A DNA stretch of 64,000 bases from Myxococcales bacterium (lineage in GTDB: Bacteria > Myxococcota > Myxococcia > Myxococcales > UBA5297): the NCBI GenBank assembly GCA_031552145.1, contig JAVBMV010000003.1, positions 211,930 through 275,929 on the forward strand, read 5' to 3'. The position numbers were made by a program, and so were the translations under genes. This document shows, piece after piece, positions 20,201-27,210 of this stretch. Each line of letters opens with the position of its first letter. The stretch's first letter is position 1. The notes beneath the pieces are model-generated. The model was not told the origin of the DNA. It saw only the letters and a list, made by a program, of their open reading frames with translations, and ran no database searches.

Positions 20201-21975
20201 ACATGGAGATTTCGCGTCGGGCCCGAGGGCAAAGAGATGGCGTAGACGAGATCGCCGCCATCGTTCAACAAGTGGCAGCTTCCCGTCAGATTGTTTGAGG
20301 CAACCCGCGTATCTCCGCCGACCTGCTGAACCGTCGACACGGTGAAATCGAGCGGGACGTGGGCATCCAGACACGAGTCGTTGGTGACGACGGGCAGGAG
20401 CTCGATCGAGAGGGTGAAGTCGGCGGGCGCAAGGGCACCGACGCGCAGCGTGTACCTCGTGCCGCCGGTGAGCAGACCCTTCCCGAGCCACGCCGCGCCT
20501 TCCGTTCCTTCGGCGCACGCATATTCGCCGCCGTCACAATCGGTCAGCAAGGTCAAGAAGGGGGCCACCCGCTCATCGGCTGTCTTCACCGTAATGGCGG
20601 CAGCGGTGTCGGCCGCGGGAGTCAGCGTGTAATAGATGTCCGGACCCACGAACCTACAGGCGCTTGCAGGGAGATCGGGCGTCGCGGAGAAGAGAGTTCC
20701 GCTCTCGTCGATCGATCCATGCAGCGCCAGTGGCACGGCGTCGGCACAGTGATCATTGGCGTGGCGCTCGGCGGTGGGCCTGAGCGTGACGCGGAGGTCG
20801 CTCACGCCGCACCTGGAGGCCTGCCACGCGTCGGCCCAAAGATAGACGACCGCTCCCTCTCCTCCGCCTACCTGCGGCGCCGTGAGCTCGTAGGGAGTGT
20901 TGTCCCCCTGGCCGTTGGAACATACGAGCTCGGAGTCCGCGGCGTCGCAGATGTTTCTCAGATAGGTCTCTTGACGGACGAGGCTGCCCCACACCGGGGT
21001 CACCGAAACAGAGAGCTCGCCCATTTCGGGTAGATGAACCCGATATACGACATCTCCCCCGGAATAGTGGGCACAGGAGCTCTGTGCCGATCCGGTTGCG
21101 CGACAATTATTGGTCCGGACCGTCGCGACGAAGAGGCGCTCGCTACCGAGCCCCTCTTCGATCAAGAAGAGATCCTCCGCCGACGCGCACTCGTCATTCG
21201 ATGGGACGGCGCGCGGATCGGAACAGACGTTGTTGATGCAGAGCTCGGACTCGGGACACGGCTCGTGCCCCGTCACCGCCCCGCAGTCCTCGATTCGAAC
21301 CACCTCGCCGCAGCGATTTCGCGCATGGTAGGTTCCGCAGTTCTTGCCGGCGTCCGTACAGAGTTCCTCGATGGTCTCGGGGACACAGTCGCATTGGTTG
21401 GTGGCGGGATTGCATCGCTCGACCTCTGCTTCGCAGGGATCTCCGCAGTCGTAGTCTCGCGATTCATCGCAGCGGTCCGCGAGCGTCCCTTGACCACACA
21501 CCGCGCCATAGAGCACGCCCGCGAGCGCGCAGAGCGCCTCTTCGGGCTCCCCTTCGCAAAGGCACGCTCCGGCTTCGCTGCAACTCTCGTATTCTTTGCA
21601 ATGGTTCTCACAGAGACCTTCATGGTATTGGCCGCAAGGATCGGTTCCCTCGATAGACCCGCACACTCTGCCTACATGATCACAGTACTCCTGGTCCGAC
21701 ATGGGACACTCACGAGGAATGCAGCGATACTGCTCGCATTTCTCGGCTTCGGAGTCGCACGGGCCGCACTCCCCGCCACAGCCATCATCCCCGCATTCTC
21801 GCCCTTCGCATTGCCGAACACAGGCGTCGGCATCTGGCTCCACGGCATCGGGTCCACCCACGTCTCGATCGGGAGAGGGCACATCGGGCAGCTCATCTAC
21901 GACGATGTCTCGCGTGCCACAGGTCGCCGCCACGCAGAGAGAGAAGACCACGATCATCATCTTTCGTTGCCACAT
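14290..21975 (-). CDS. Giant secreted cysteine-rich protein with 16 tandem PPC-like domains (2561 aa)
   Basis: Uninterrupted ORF. RBS AAGGAGG 4 nt before the ATG. N-terminal hydrophobic signal MMIVVFSLCVAATCG. Clear domain periodicity (see the repeat feature). Confidence 0.9.
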   Translation of the reverse strand: MWQRKMMIVVFSLCVAATCGTRDIVVDELPDVPSPDRDVGGPDAVEPDADACVRQCEGRECGDDGCGGECGPCDSEAEKCEQYRCIPRECPMSDQEYCDHVGRVCGSIEGTDPCGQYHEGLCENHCKEYESCSEAGACLCEGEPEEALCALAGVLYGAVCGQGTLADRCDESRDYDCGDPCEAEVERCNPATNQCDCVPETIEELCTDAGKNCGTYHARNRCGEVVRIEDCGAVTGHEPCPESELCINNVCSDPRAVPSNDECASAEDLFLIEEGLGSERLFVATVRTNNCRATGSAQSSCAHYSGGDVVYRVHLPEMGELSVSVTPVWGSLVRQETYLRNICDAADSELVCSNGQGDNTPYELTAPQVGGGEGAVVYLWADAWQASRCGVSDLRVTLRPTAERHANDHCADAVPLALHGSIDESGTLFSATPDLPASACRFVGPDIYYTLTPAADTAAAITVKTADERVAPFLTLLTDCDGGEYACAEGTEGAAWLGKGLLTGGTRYTLRVGALAPADFTLSIELLPVVTNDSCLDAHVPLDFTVSTVQQVGGDTRVASNNLTGSCHLLNDGGDLVYAISLPSGPTRNLHVTATPVDSTYQGAIYLRSSCADAGTELSGSCDHAPHVALPLTIDAFGLAPRSTYYLIVDTFGDRAGPFELTIEIPARGEAPYNDLCDAIEEPGSASLPYQLVVDPETRYLHVEGKTLDAGHERAPSVCDARGADVYYRIHTDEPVYASIAVVAKEHSRGFIPVVYVYEGGCDGAHLVGDRCEHAASPTEMVRLQHALSVPGDYTLVIDGAQGTEGEFDLHLYLHPIPVNTSCGTAAPIVLSDSSTMVLRGNTSASSNTETSSCADGDTGRELYWRLDLPEGEGFRDVAIDIPRLPGSAHVALASVRGSCQPYSEGNERACARAVDGDLSATAYKLGAGRSYFLLVDSGVEGADGPFEVWLSISESNVDETHDRCDPAAEWVHFDGALDDAVRVATIRGDTFQGVDDSVARCKPTTAGGDLVYRLSLPDARHYAFTLMPEAENPLLAPAVYVRDACDAPSDRACYTAEQGRAVTFQVRNVEGGEELFAFVDSSGYQTEGPFTLRVEAVKRGTPPLEDTCEGAALAGGRLLGAAPSTLVLREQSTADARNDYVGTCSSAATPHTGADLVYWIEVPDAAIFTARLHKSVNSPDYLPALYLRRAGGCLGADPGDEIACANAATGTFAIVSAYANPGDTFYVIVDGIESATGTSTYGDYALELSTVPAEVPIADACNTAEPVSDLELVQAKTLLGNTSLATNNGGSARLSLGDGPDVVYEIPVSLQVAHLKARLTFAQATGSAVLYLRGPSCVLADVSNELVASSANQGGPTALDVMLPHGVYYLWVDSVRPLAGEYMLDLELTPAPQDDTPLECGEALSATELSPQNPSVTFQGTTSWGVDRQQPTASCAPGNPGGPEAIYRISIPEPSSFGLRAKVAPAEGAMPLYAPIIYLRRECDAPASETVCSPSGDVEIERAAGGDYFVIIDSVGPYGDAFQLAVELFHPKGDACETASPVALDENGYARIVGDTSKAEGNHDRQCGTPELMPGGEGGMQPARDYAVLIEVPEATGEGWTLAVNHVYPERSSFTASIDVQRIVSATDCTLFVPTSEPPPALAKCDRRMGGKAQVIWEDIPPGTYVIWFDSGYGRQDHIFYGDIDLVPTGSMLPTHPPPSAAPTSVPAGVRALCEAATVLDLSSGYALANGTTAGRTSTMHNSCNNWSGAEAAFQMRLAGPGTLIATLVPSPGSGMALNPEIRTVCGSQASALSCEMAGSAGQPVSIRTTISSELEETYYLWVDGSSPTAGGPFTVVASFVRDAAPETCEDAAELPPFDGKGLAVVSGLLWGEQSDELGDCNLPTGFVGPEHVYRLDLDAPATISATVIGSMTFYWTSTSQFDRPALYVRSGEECAGASPVADACVLGSNGNATIEELALGPGVYYLFVDTTNIYAVEATPLPYTLVVTKVLTPPPAENDSCDAPELPVIALDALGRGSLASATGIESGRDDMSGTCAAMGGPDLVYAVDAPAGRTLTVALTAEGTAFEGIYLPSLHLRASCDTDPESELACATASAVGASAVASVHLTSEQRVYIVVDAVAPEASGRFTIDVRALSPDRLAANDTCVEPFPESAVVSFTNSRASISGTLDDARHDTTGLCGASNGPEKVYRFHLDHPYGFKAIVDADFVPALYLRPVCGAHDLVYRLACHAPTGGRTASIEAPQLAGGADYYLWVDSNSAAAGGSFWVDLALESEVVVPIPGGCAGLQEIVLPVAGDYNEQAGRVFTKYDADTTTTGLCEALHGPDFTYSLRYPRDFDLSLYVTGAPAPFIYLRNSCESDLQENELACIDGRTTGSNALVVRKLVANQNYFVFVDYKDMAAVGSHKLYVKVVDHDTAKAPPPNDRCEGAIALQLDANPRQSGDNTNANADYSFGKSAAGGCTKSYERGRGAELVYRYTPTTTTPFKVSLKPNPYWDATLWVSTACDVTQCVAGVDGGSSSRPESVLVSNPIPNQTYYIFADAKDYSARGPFEIWVEEVP
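14293..21198 (-). repeat. 16 tandem ~144-aa protein domains (N-D-x-C ... G-x-D-L-V-Y ... L-Y-L-R-x-x-C ... Y-Y-L-x-V-D ... G-P-F-x-L)
   Basis: Hand alignment. Central strands include GGDVVYRVHLP, GPDIYYTLTP, GGDLVYAISLP, GADVYYRIHT, GRELYWRLDLP, GGDLVYRLSLP, GADLVYWIEVP, GPDVVYEIPV, GPEAIYRISIP, ARDYAVLIEVP, GAEAAFQMRL, GPEHVYRLDL, GPDLVYAVDAP, GPEKVYRFHL, GPDFTYSLRYP, GAELVYRYTP. Confidence 0.75.
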
Positions 21976-22005
21976 GACTCCTCCTTTTCGAACGACGGAC
22001 TTCGA

Positions 22006-23214
22006 CTACGGGGGCGCTGGATCATCGGGGAGACAGTCGCGTTCGAGTCGCGCCGCTTCACCAGCAATGGCGGAATCGGACGAAGCACCCAGCCGCGCCA
22101 ACAGCTCGCGCGCGGCGTAGATCTGCCCCTCTCGGCAGAGCAACCCCGCCCGGATCAAGGCGACGCGCGGTGTCCTGGGGTCGCCCGGATACTTTCCTTC
22201 GAAGCGCGAGGCCGCCTCGATTGCTTCAGCGTGCCGTCCCAGCTTGATCAAGATTTCGAGCCGCTTCGACGCGGCCTCGGGCGCGAGCGCTCCCTCGGGG
22301 AAACGTCGCTCGAAGAGCTCGAAGGTTTCGAGCGCGCGCCCTTGTCCCTTGGGCGACGCCTGCATCAGCAGGCCCATCGTATAGAGGGCGTTCTGGCTGG
22401 AGAGATCGTCGCCAGCGGCACGGGCTCCAAGGCAGTCGAGTGCTTCCTCACGGTCGGCCTGCTCTTCGCATCTGGGCGGCCGTGGGGCGGAGGGAAGGGA
22501 GCGCTCCGGGAGCCGTCGTGCGCTCCTCTTTGCCTGCGCCTCAGGGCGTTCCAGCGACAGATTCTGGGCGCGGGAGGGCACACCGAGCGGGGCCGCAAGG
22601 CGCGGGTCGTCTGAGCGAATGGACTCATTCGGCGCAAGAACCGCAGCGCCTCCGTCACCTTCGACGCGCACGCTGCCTTCGATGAGTCCGACCCGAGTCG
22701 AGGGCGCGGCGACCTCGATCTCCAGCCGCGTCCCCAGGACCACCACACGAAGATGGGGCGTGATCAGCACCACCGGGCGATCCTTGGCCTGGCGCAGAAT
22801 GGCGGCGCGGTACCGTCCGGGACCGAGCTCTATCTGCCGCTCTTCCGGCCGGTCTCTCAGCACGACCTCCGAACCGGGAGAGCTCTCGAACGTGCCGATT
22901 TCGGGGATCTCTATCCCGTTCCATTGTGTGGACACGGCGAAGCGGGGAGCGTCATTGGTGGGCAGGGACGCGTCCCGCCGAGACAGGAGGGCGATGGCGA
23001 GCACCGCCACGACGACCACCGCGCCCGCCAGGGCGGCGATCCATCGATGTGATTTGAGGCCGTCAGGCGCGGAAAGTGACTCTCGAACCCGCCACCAAAC
23101 CGCCGCGTGTTGGGCGCGATCGCTCTCGAGATGACGCCGCGCTTCGCGCACCCAGCGCCCCAGCTCGCGCTCTTCGCCCTCATCATGTCGAGAGAGTCTT
23201 CTCGGCTCATTCAT
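22006..23214 (-). CDS. FecR-like transmembrane anti-sigma factor with TPR-like C-terminus
   Basis: 402 aa. Cytoplasmic N-terminus and one TM (WIAALAGAVVVVAVLAIALL). FecR-type LRVVVLGTRLEIEV...VGLIEGSVRVEG. ATGA overlap with the sigma stop (23211-23214). Confidence 0.8.
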   Translation of the reverse strand: MNEPRRLSRHDEGEERELGRWVREARRHLESDRAQHAAVWWRVRESLSAPDGLKSHRWIAALAGAVVVVAVLAIALLSRRDASLPTNDAPRFAVSTQWNGIEIPEIGTFESSPGSEVVLRDRPEERQIELGPGRYRAAILRQAKDRPVVLITPHLRVVVLGTRLEIEVAAPSTRVGLIEGSVRVEGDGGAAVLAPNESIRSDDPRLAAPLGVPSRAQNLSLERPEAQAKRSARRLPERSLPSAPRPPRCEEQADREEALDCLGARAAGDDLSSQNALYTMGLLMQASPKGQGRALETFELFERRFPEGALAPEAASKRLEILIKLGRHAEAIEAASRFEGKYPGDPRTPRVALIRAGLLCREGQIYAARELLARLGASSDSAIAGEAARLERDCLPDDPAPP

Positions 23215-23750
23215 GATGCACTCGCCCCTCTCTTCGCCTTCAGCAGCTCGTGGCGCGCCGAACAGAGGCGCGAATAGACGGTCTTCACCGGGACGTTCAG
23301 GAGCTCCGCGATCTCGACACAGCTCAGCTCTTGGATCTCAAACAGAATGAACACGACCCTCTTCTTCTCGGGCAACGCTTCGAGGAGGTGGTAGAGCGCC
23401 CGCGTCGACTCTTCCTCGATGAGCTCCTTCTCGGCGGACGCCTCGACGGAGGGCGCACCCCAGAATCCAGTCCGACGCACGAGCTGCCGGAGGTGACGTG
23501 TGCGTCGCCGGTTCGCCGCCAGTCCCAGCGCGACGCGCGTCAGCCACGACCGTGGCAGCTCCAGCTCGAGCGATGAGCGCTTCCGATGGGCGATCAGGAA
23601 GACGTCGTGCGTCAGGTCCTCGGCGTCGACCGCGGAGCCAAGGACGCGCATCAGCAATGTCTGCACATAGGGACCGTGCTCCTCGTAGAGGCGCTCGAGA
23701 TCGAGCGCCTTGGCGAGAACGGGATCCGCTTTCATGGAGAGCGCGCGCAC
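23211..23750 (-). CDS. ECF-type RNA polymerase sigma factor
   Basis: 179 aa. Region 2 (LYEEHGPYVQTLLMRVLGSAVDAEDLTHDVFLIAH) and region 4 (LSCVEIAELLNVPVKTVYSRL). GTG start with AAGGGTG upstream; an alternative ATG lies at 23735. Confidence 0.9.
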   Translation of the reverse strand: MRALSMKADPVLAKALDLERLYEEHGPYVQTLLMRVLGSAVDAEDLTHDVFLIAHRKRSSLELELPRSWLTRVALGLAANRRRTRHLRQLVRRTGFWGAPSVEASAEKELIEEESTRALYHLLEALPEKKRVVFILFEIQELSCVEIAELLNVPVKTVYSRLCSARHELLKAKRGASAS

Positions 23751-23804
23751 TGAGTCACCCTTGCGGTCTGCGAAGCATTCGCCCTCTACAGAGTTCCGAG
23801 CACT

Positions 23805-24725
23805 TCAGATCCCCCATTCCCAGCGCCAATCGAAGCCCGTCGTGAGCGCGGCGACGGCCCACCCCATCTCGGCCGCGCCCCCTGCCAGCTCCGAGTGGAG
23901 TCGAAGCGCATAAGGGTGCGCGAGGAGGTCGACCTGGGTCGACCAAGCGAGCGCCTCAGAGAGCGCGAGGCGGAGCCGGACCGCCGCCATCAGCCCCATG
24001 AGAGCGATCGACCGCTCTCCTCTCGCTTCCCCTCCGAGGGAGGTCGCCGAGACGAGGCTCAACGCAGGACCTCCCATGGCGAAGAGTTCCAGCCCCGACT
24101 CGAGCTCGATCCTCACTCCCGCCGAGGCCCCGAGAGCGAGCCGCCTCAGCTCGAGCTGCCCTCGAAGCCCTCGGGTCCTCCAGGACGCTTCGTGCCGCGC
24201 GAAGAGTCCCGCTCGCCAGAGAGGCGTCACCTCGATCTCGGCGCCGATGAAGCCCGACATGGCGGGGCGCTGGAGATGCCGATCGAAAGCGGCGCCCATG
24301 AGCAGGAGGAGATCGATACGGGCGGGGTGCTGCGCGCGAGAAGGCTCTGTCGTGGGAGCAGCCGCGGCGGCGACCGGCCCGCGCTGGGATACCCGCGACG
24401 CATTCTTGAGCCACTCGTCGTTCAGCCAGCTCTCGATCAACAGGACCACGGTCTCGGCGAGGCTGGCACAATCGGACGAGGCGACCTGGAGCGTCCTCGC
24501 CTGCGTCATCGTCGGACCGCGGAGCTCGACGCGGAGCGCCTCCTCGCCCGCGCCCCGGACGACGAGCGACCAATCTGGATGAGCCCGCAGAGGGTCTTCG
24601 ACGCGCAGGGCAAAGGCGCCAGGGTCGCCGCAGGGGAGCGATCCAACGTCGATCCTCGAGCCGGCGGAAGCGCTCGGCGCGCTCGCGACGGTGAGCCCCA
24701 CCAAGAGAAACAGAGAGACCGTCAT
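23805..24725 (-). CDS. Hypothetical secreted beta-strand-rich protein (possible outer-membrane protein)
   Basis: Start chosen at MTVSLFLLVGLTVASAPSASA (signal peptide); the maximal ORF runs to 24797. The C-terminal half has alternating hydrophobic strands ending ...TTGFDWRWEWGI. No motif recognised. Confidence 0.55.
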   Translation of the reverse strand: MTVSLFLLVGLTVASAPSASAGSRIDVGSLPCGDPGAFALRVEDPLRAHPDWSLVVRGAGEEALRVELRGPTMTQARTLQVASSDCASLAETVVLLIESWLNDEWLKNASRVSQRGPVAAAAAPTTEPSRAQHPARIDLLLLMGAAFDRHLQRPAMSGFIGAEIEVTPLWRAGLFARHEASWRTRGLRGQLELRRLALGASAGVRIELESGLELFAMGGPALSLVSATSLGGEARGERSIALMGLMAAVRLRLALSEALAWSTQVDLLAHPYALRLHSELAGGAAEMGWAVAALTTGFDWRWEWGI

Positions 24726-24956
24726 GGCTCGCAAATCTGTCGTGGACCCGGCCCGGATCGTTCCCTCGTCGCTCGGCGGAGGCGAGCGTGGAGACATCGA
24801 CAGAGTGAGCGTGAAGGGCAGCGCCCCTTCCTGTCAAGGTGGAGCTCCGCAGGACGAACCCAAAAACTGCGAGAGGGCCGGCTCGCGCCGACCCTCTCGA
24901 GACTGCGATCTGCCAATCGAGGCGCGCAGCAAGCGGCGCCCCAACAGCGCTACGTC

Positions 24957-26195
24957 CTAAAAGCCGTGCAGTACCAGCCCGCTGCGCAGCTTGGGCTCGA
25001 ACCAGGTGCTCTTCGGCGGCATGATCTGGCCGGCGTCGGCGATGCTCATGAGCTGGTCGATCTGCGTGGGGAACATGGCGAAGGCCACCTTGGCCTGGCC
25101 AGCGTCGACGCGCTTCTCCAGCTCCTGCATGCCGCGGATGCCGCCCGAGAAGTCGATGCGCTTGTCGGTGCGCGGATCCTTGATGCCGAGGACGGGGCCG
25201 AGCAGGTTCTCCTGCAGAATGGAGACGTCGAGGTTCTTCACGGGATCCTTCTCGTCGAAGGTGCCCGCCTTGGCGGTGAGCATGTACCAGGCGCCCTCGA
25301 GGTACATACCGAAATCGTGCAGCTTCGAGGGGCTCTTCTGCGAGGAGGGCACCATGGTGAACTTGGCGCCGATCTCCGCCTTGAACTGCTCGACCGTGCG
25401 GCCGTTGAGATCTTTCACGAGCCGGTTGTAGTCCATGATCTGCATCTGGTTGTGCGGGAAGATCACGGCGAGGAAGTAGTCATGCTCGGCGTCGCCCGTG
25501 GGCTTCTTGCCAGCGCGCGCGGCGCGCGCCTCGGAGGTGCGGGCGGCGGCGGCGGAGCGGTGGTGGCCGTCGGCGATATAGGTCGCGGGGAGCTTCGCGA
25601 ACTCGCGCACCAGCGCGGCGATGTCGGCGTCGCCCGAGACGACCCAGAAGGTGTGGCGAATGCCGTCGTCGGTCTCGAAGTCATACTCGGGCTTCGCGGC
25701 GATGAGGCGGTTGACGATGTCGTCGATCTCCTTGCGCGCCGGATAGGTGAGGAAGACGGGCTCGTCATTGCCGTTGAGGCGATCGATGTGCTGGGTGCGA
25801 TCGTCCTCTTTGTCGGCGCGCGTCAGCTCGTGCTTCTTGATGGTGCCCTTGCGGTACTCCTCGCAGCTGGCGGCGGCGACGAGGCCCACCTGTTCGTGCT
25901 TCCCCATCTTCTGCTTGTAGAGATAGAGGCAGGGCTTGGCGTCGGCCTTCAGGTGCCCCTCTTTGACGAAGAGCTGCAGGTTGGTCAGGCCCAGGTCATA
26001 GACCTCGGGGGCGTGGGCGTCGGTGCCGGGGGGCAGGTCGATCTCGGGGCGGCTGATGCGGAAGAAGGAGAGCGGATTCCCCTTACCGTAGGCGCGCGCC
26101 TCCTCGCTGTCGACCACGTCATAGGGCGGGCACGCGACCTTGAGGACCTTCTCCTGGGGCGGGCGAAGTCCCGCGAATGGGCGAATGACTGACAT
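24957..26195 (-). CDS. DUF1015 family protein
   Basis: 412 aa. MSVIRPFAGLRPPQEKVLKVACPPYDVVDSEEA is the family N-terminus as I recall it. RBS GGAGAAAG. Confidence 0.85.
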   Translation of the reverse strand: MSVIRPFAGLRPPQEKVLKVACPPYDVVDSEEARAYGKGNPLSFFRISRPEIDLPPGTDAHAPEVYDLGLTNLQLFVKEGHLKADAKPCLYLYKQKMGKHEQVGLVAAASCEEYRKGTIKKHELTRADKEDDRTQHIDRLNGNDEPVFLTYPARKEIDDIVNRLIAAKPEYDFETDDGIRHTFWVVSGDADIAALVREFAKLPATYIADGHHRSAAAARTSEARAARAGKKPTGDAEHDYFLAVIFPHNQMQIMDYNRLVKDLNGRTVEQFKAEIGAKFTMVPSSQKSPSKLHDFGMYLEGAWYMLTAKAGTFDEKDPVKNLDVSILQENLLGPVLGIKDPRTDKRIDFSGGIRGMQELEKRVDAGQAKVAFAMFPTQIDQLMSIADAGQIMPPKSTWFEPKLRSGLVLHGF

Positions 26196-26258
26196 CGTTC
26201 TTTCTCCAGCGGCCGCACAGGGCCATTCGTTGGGGTTGATACAACCGGCGAAGGCCGG

Positions 26259-27155
26259 TCAGTGAAGTACAGGCAAGAGTCGGAGCGCGCGCATCGCCTC
26301 GGCGAGCTTGGCGCGCGGGGCGTCGCTCATCGGCGTGAGCGGCAGGCGCAGCTCGTCGGCGAAGAGGCCCGCCATGTGGAGCGCGGCCTTCACCGGGATG
26401 GGGTTTGACTCGCTGAAGAGCGCGTTGTGCAGCGGCACCAACATCGCCTGCATGGCGGCGGCCTTGGCGAAGTCGTGCGCCAGCGAGAGGGCGCAGAGGT
26501 CGGCGATGACTCGGGGCGCGATGTTGGCCGAGACGCTGATGACGCCCGAGCCTCCGGCCGCGATGAAGGGCGCGATGGTGAAGTCGTCGCCCGAGAGGAA
26601 AGAGAGCCCCTCGCGGCCACCCTTCTCTTTGAGCTCCAATAACCGCGCCATGGAGCCCGTCGCCTCCTTGATGCCGATGATCTCGGGGATGTCGCAGAGC
26701 CGCCGCCACACCTCGGGGGTGAGGTCACAGCCGGTGCGGCTGGGCACGTTGTAGGCGATGATGGGGAAGCCGGGGTGGGCCTTGGCGATGGCCGCGAAGT
26801 GAGCGACGAGGCCGGCCGCGACGGGCTTGTTGTAATAGGGCGTGACGATGAGCGCGGCGTCGGCGCCCTGCTCCCGCGCGCGCGCCACCGACTCGATGGT
26901 GGTGCGCGTGCTGTTGGTGCCTGCGCCCGCGATGACCGGGACGCGCCCCGCCGCCGATTCGACAGCCGTGCGGATGAGCAGGTTCCGCTCCTCCTGCGTC
27001 AGCGTGGCGTACTCACCCGTGGTCCCGATGGGAACGAGCCCCGCGGTGCCGTTGCCGATCTGCAGGCGGATGAGGGCTCGGTAGGCGTCGACGTCGACCT
27101 CGTCGCCCCGCAGTGGTGTGGCGAGCGCGACGAAAGAACCTCTCAGCGGTGTCAT
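26259..27155 (-). CDS. dapA: 4-hydroxy-tetrahydrodipicolinate synthase
   Basis: 298 aa with GTTGE, TPYYNKP, YNVPSRTG and GIKEATG (Schiff-base Lys). Confidence 0.9.
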   Translation of the reverse strand: MTPLRGSFVALATPLRGDEVDVDAYRALIRLQIGNGTAGLVPIGTTGEYATLTQEERNLLIRTAVESAAGRVPVIAGAGTNSTRTTIESVARAREQGADAALIVTPYYNKPVAAGLVAHFAAIAKAHPGFPIIAYNVPSRTGCDLTPEVWRRLCDIPEIIGIKEATGSMARLLELKEKGGREGLSFLSGDDFTIAPFIAAGGSGVISVSANIAPRVIADLCALSLAHDFAKAAAMQAMLVPLHNALFSESNPIPVKAALHMAGLFADELRLPLTPMSDAPRAKLAEAMRALRLLPVLH

Positions 27156-27210
27156 GTCGGAGCTCCTATCGAATCGGGTGGGCCGCGGCGGGCCGGCAGG
27201 GGGTAGGACT

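Noticed and set aside
23766-23797. GGAAC (minus strand, 23793-23797) as a possible ECF-type -35 box for autoregulation of the sigma gene
   Set aside because: The expected -10 element (CGTC-like) 16-17 nt downstream is not present; the sequence there reads GCTTCG. A lone GGAAC is too weak to call.
23895-26192. 765-aa plus-strand ORF spanning the antisense of two minus-strand genes (beta-rich protein and DUF1015)
   Set aside because: It crosses an intergenic region and two well-supported genes on the other strand, and its sequence is low complexity.
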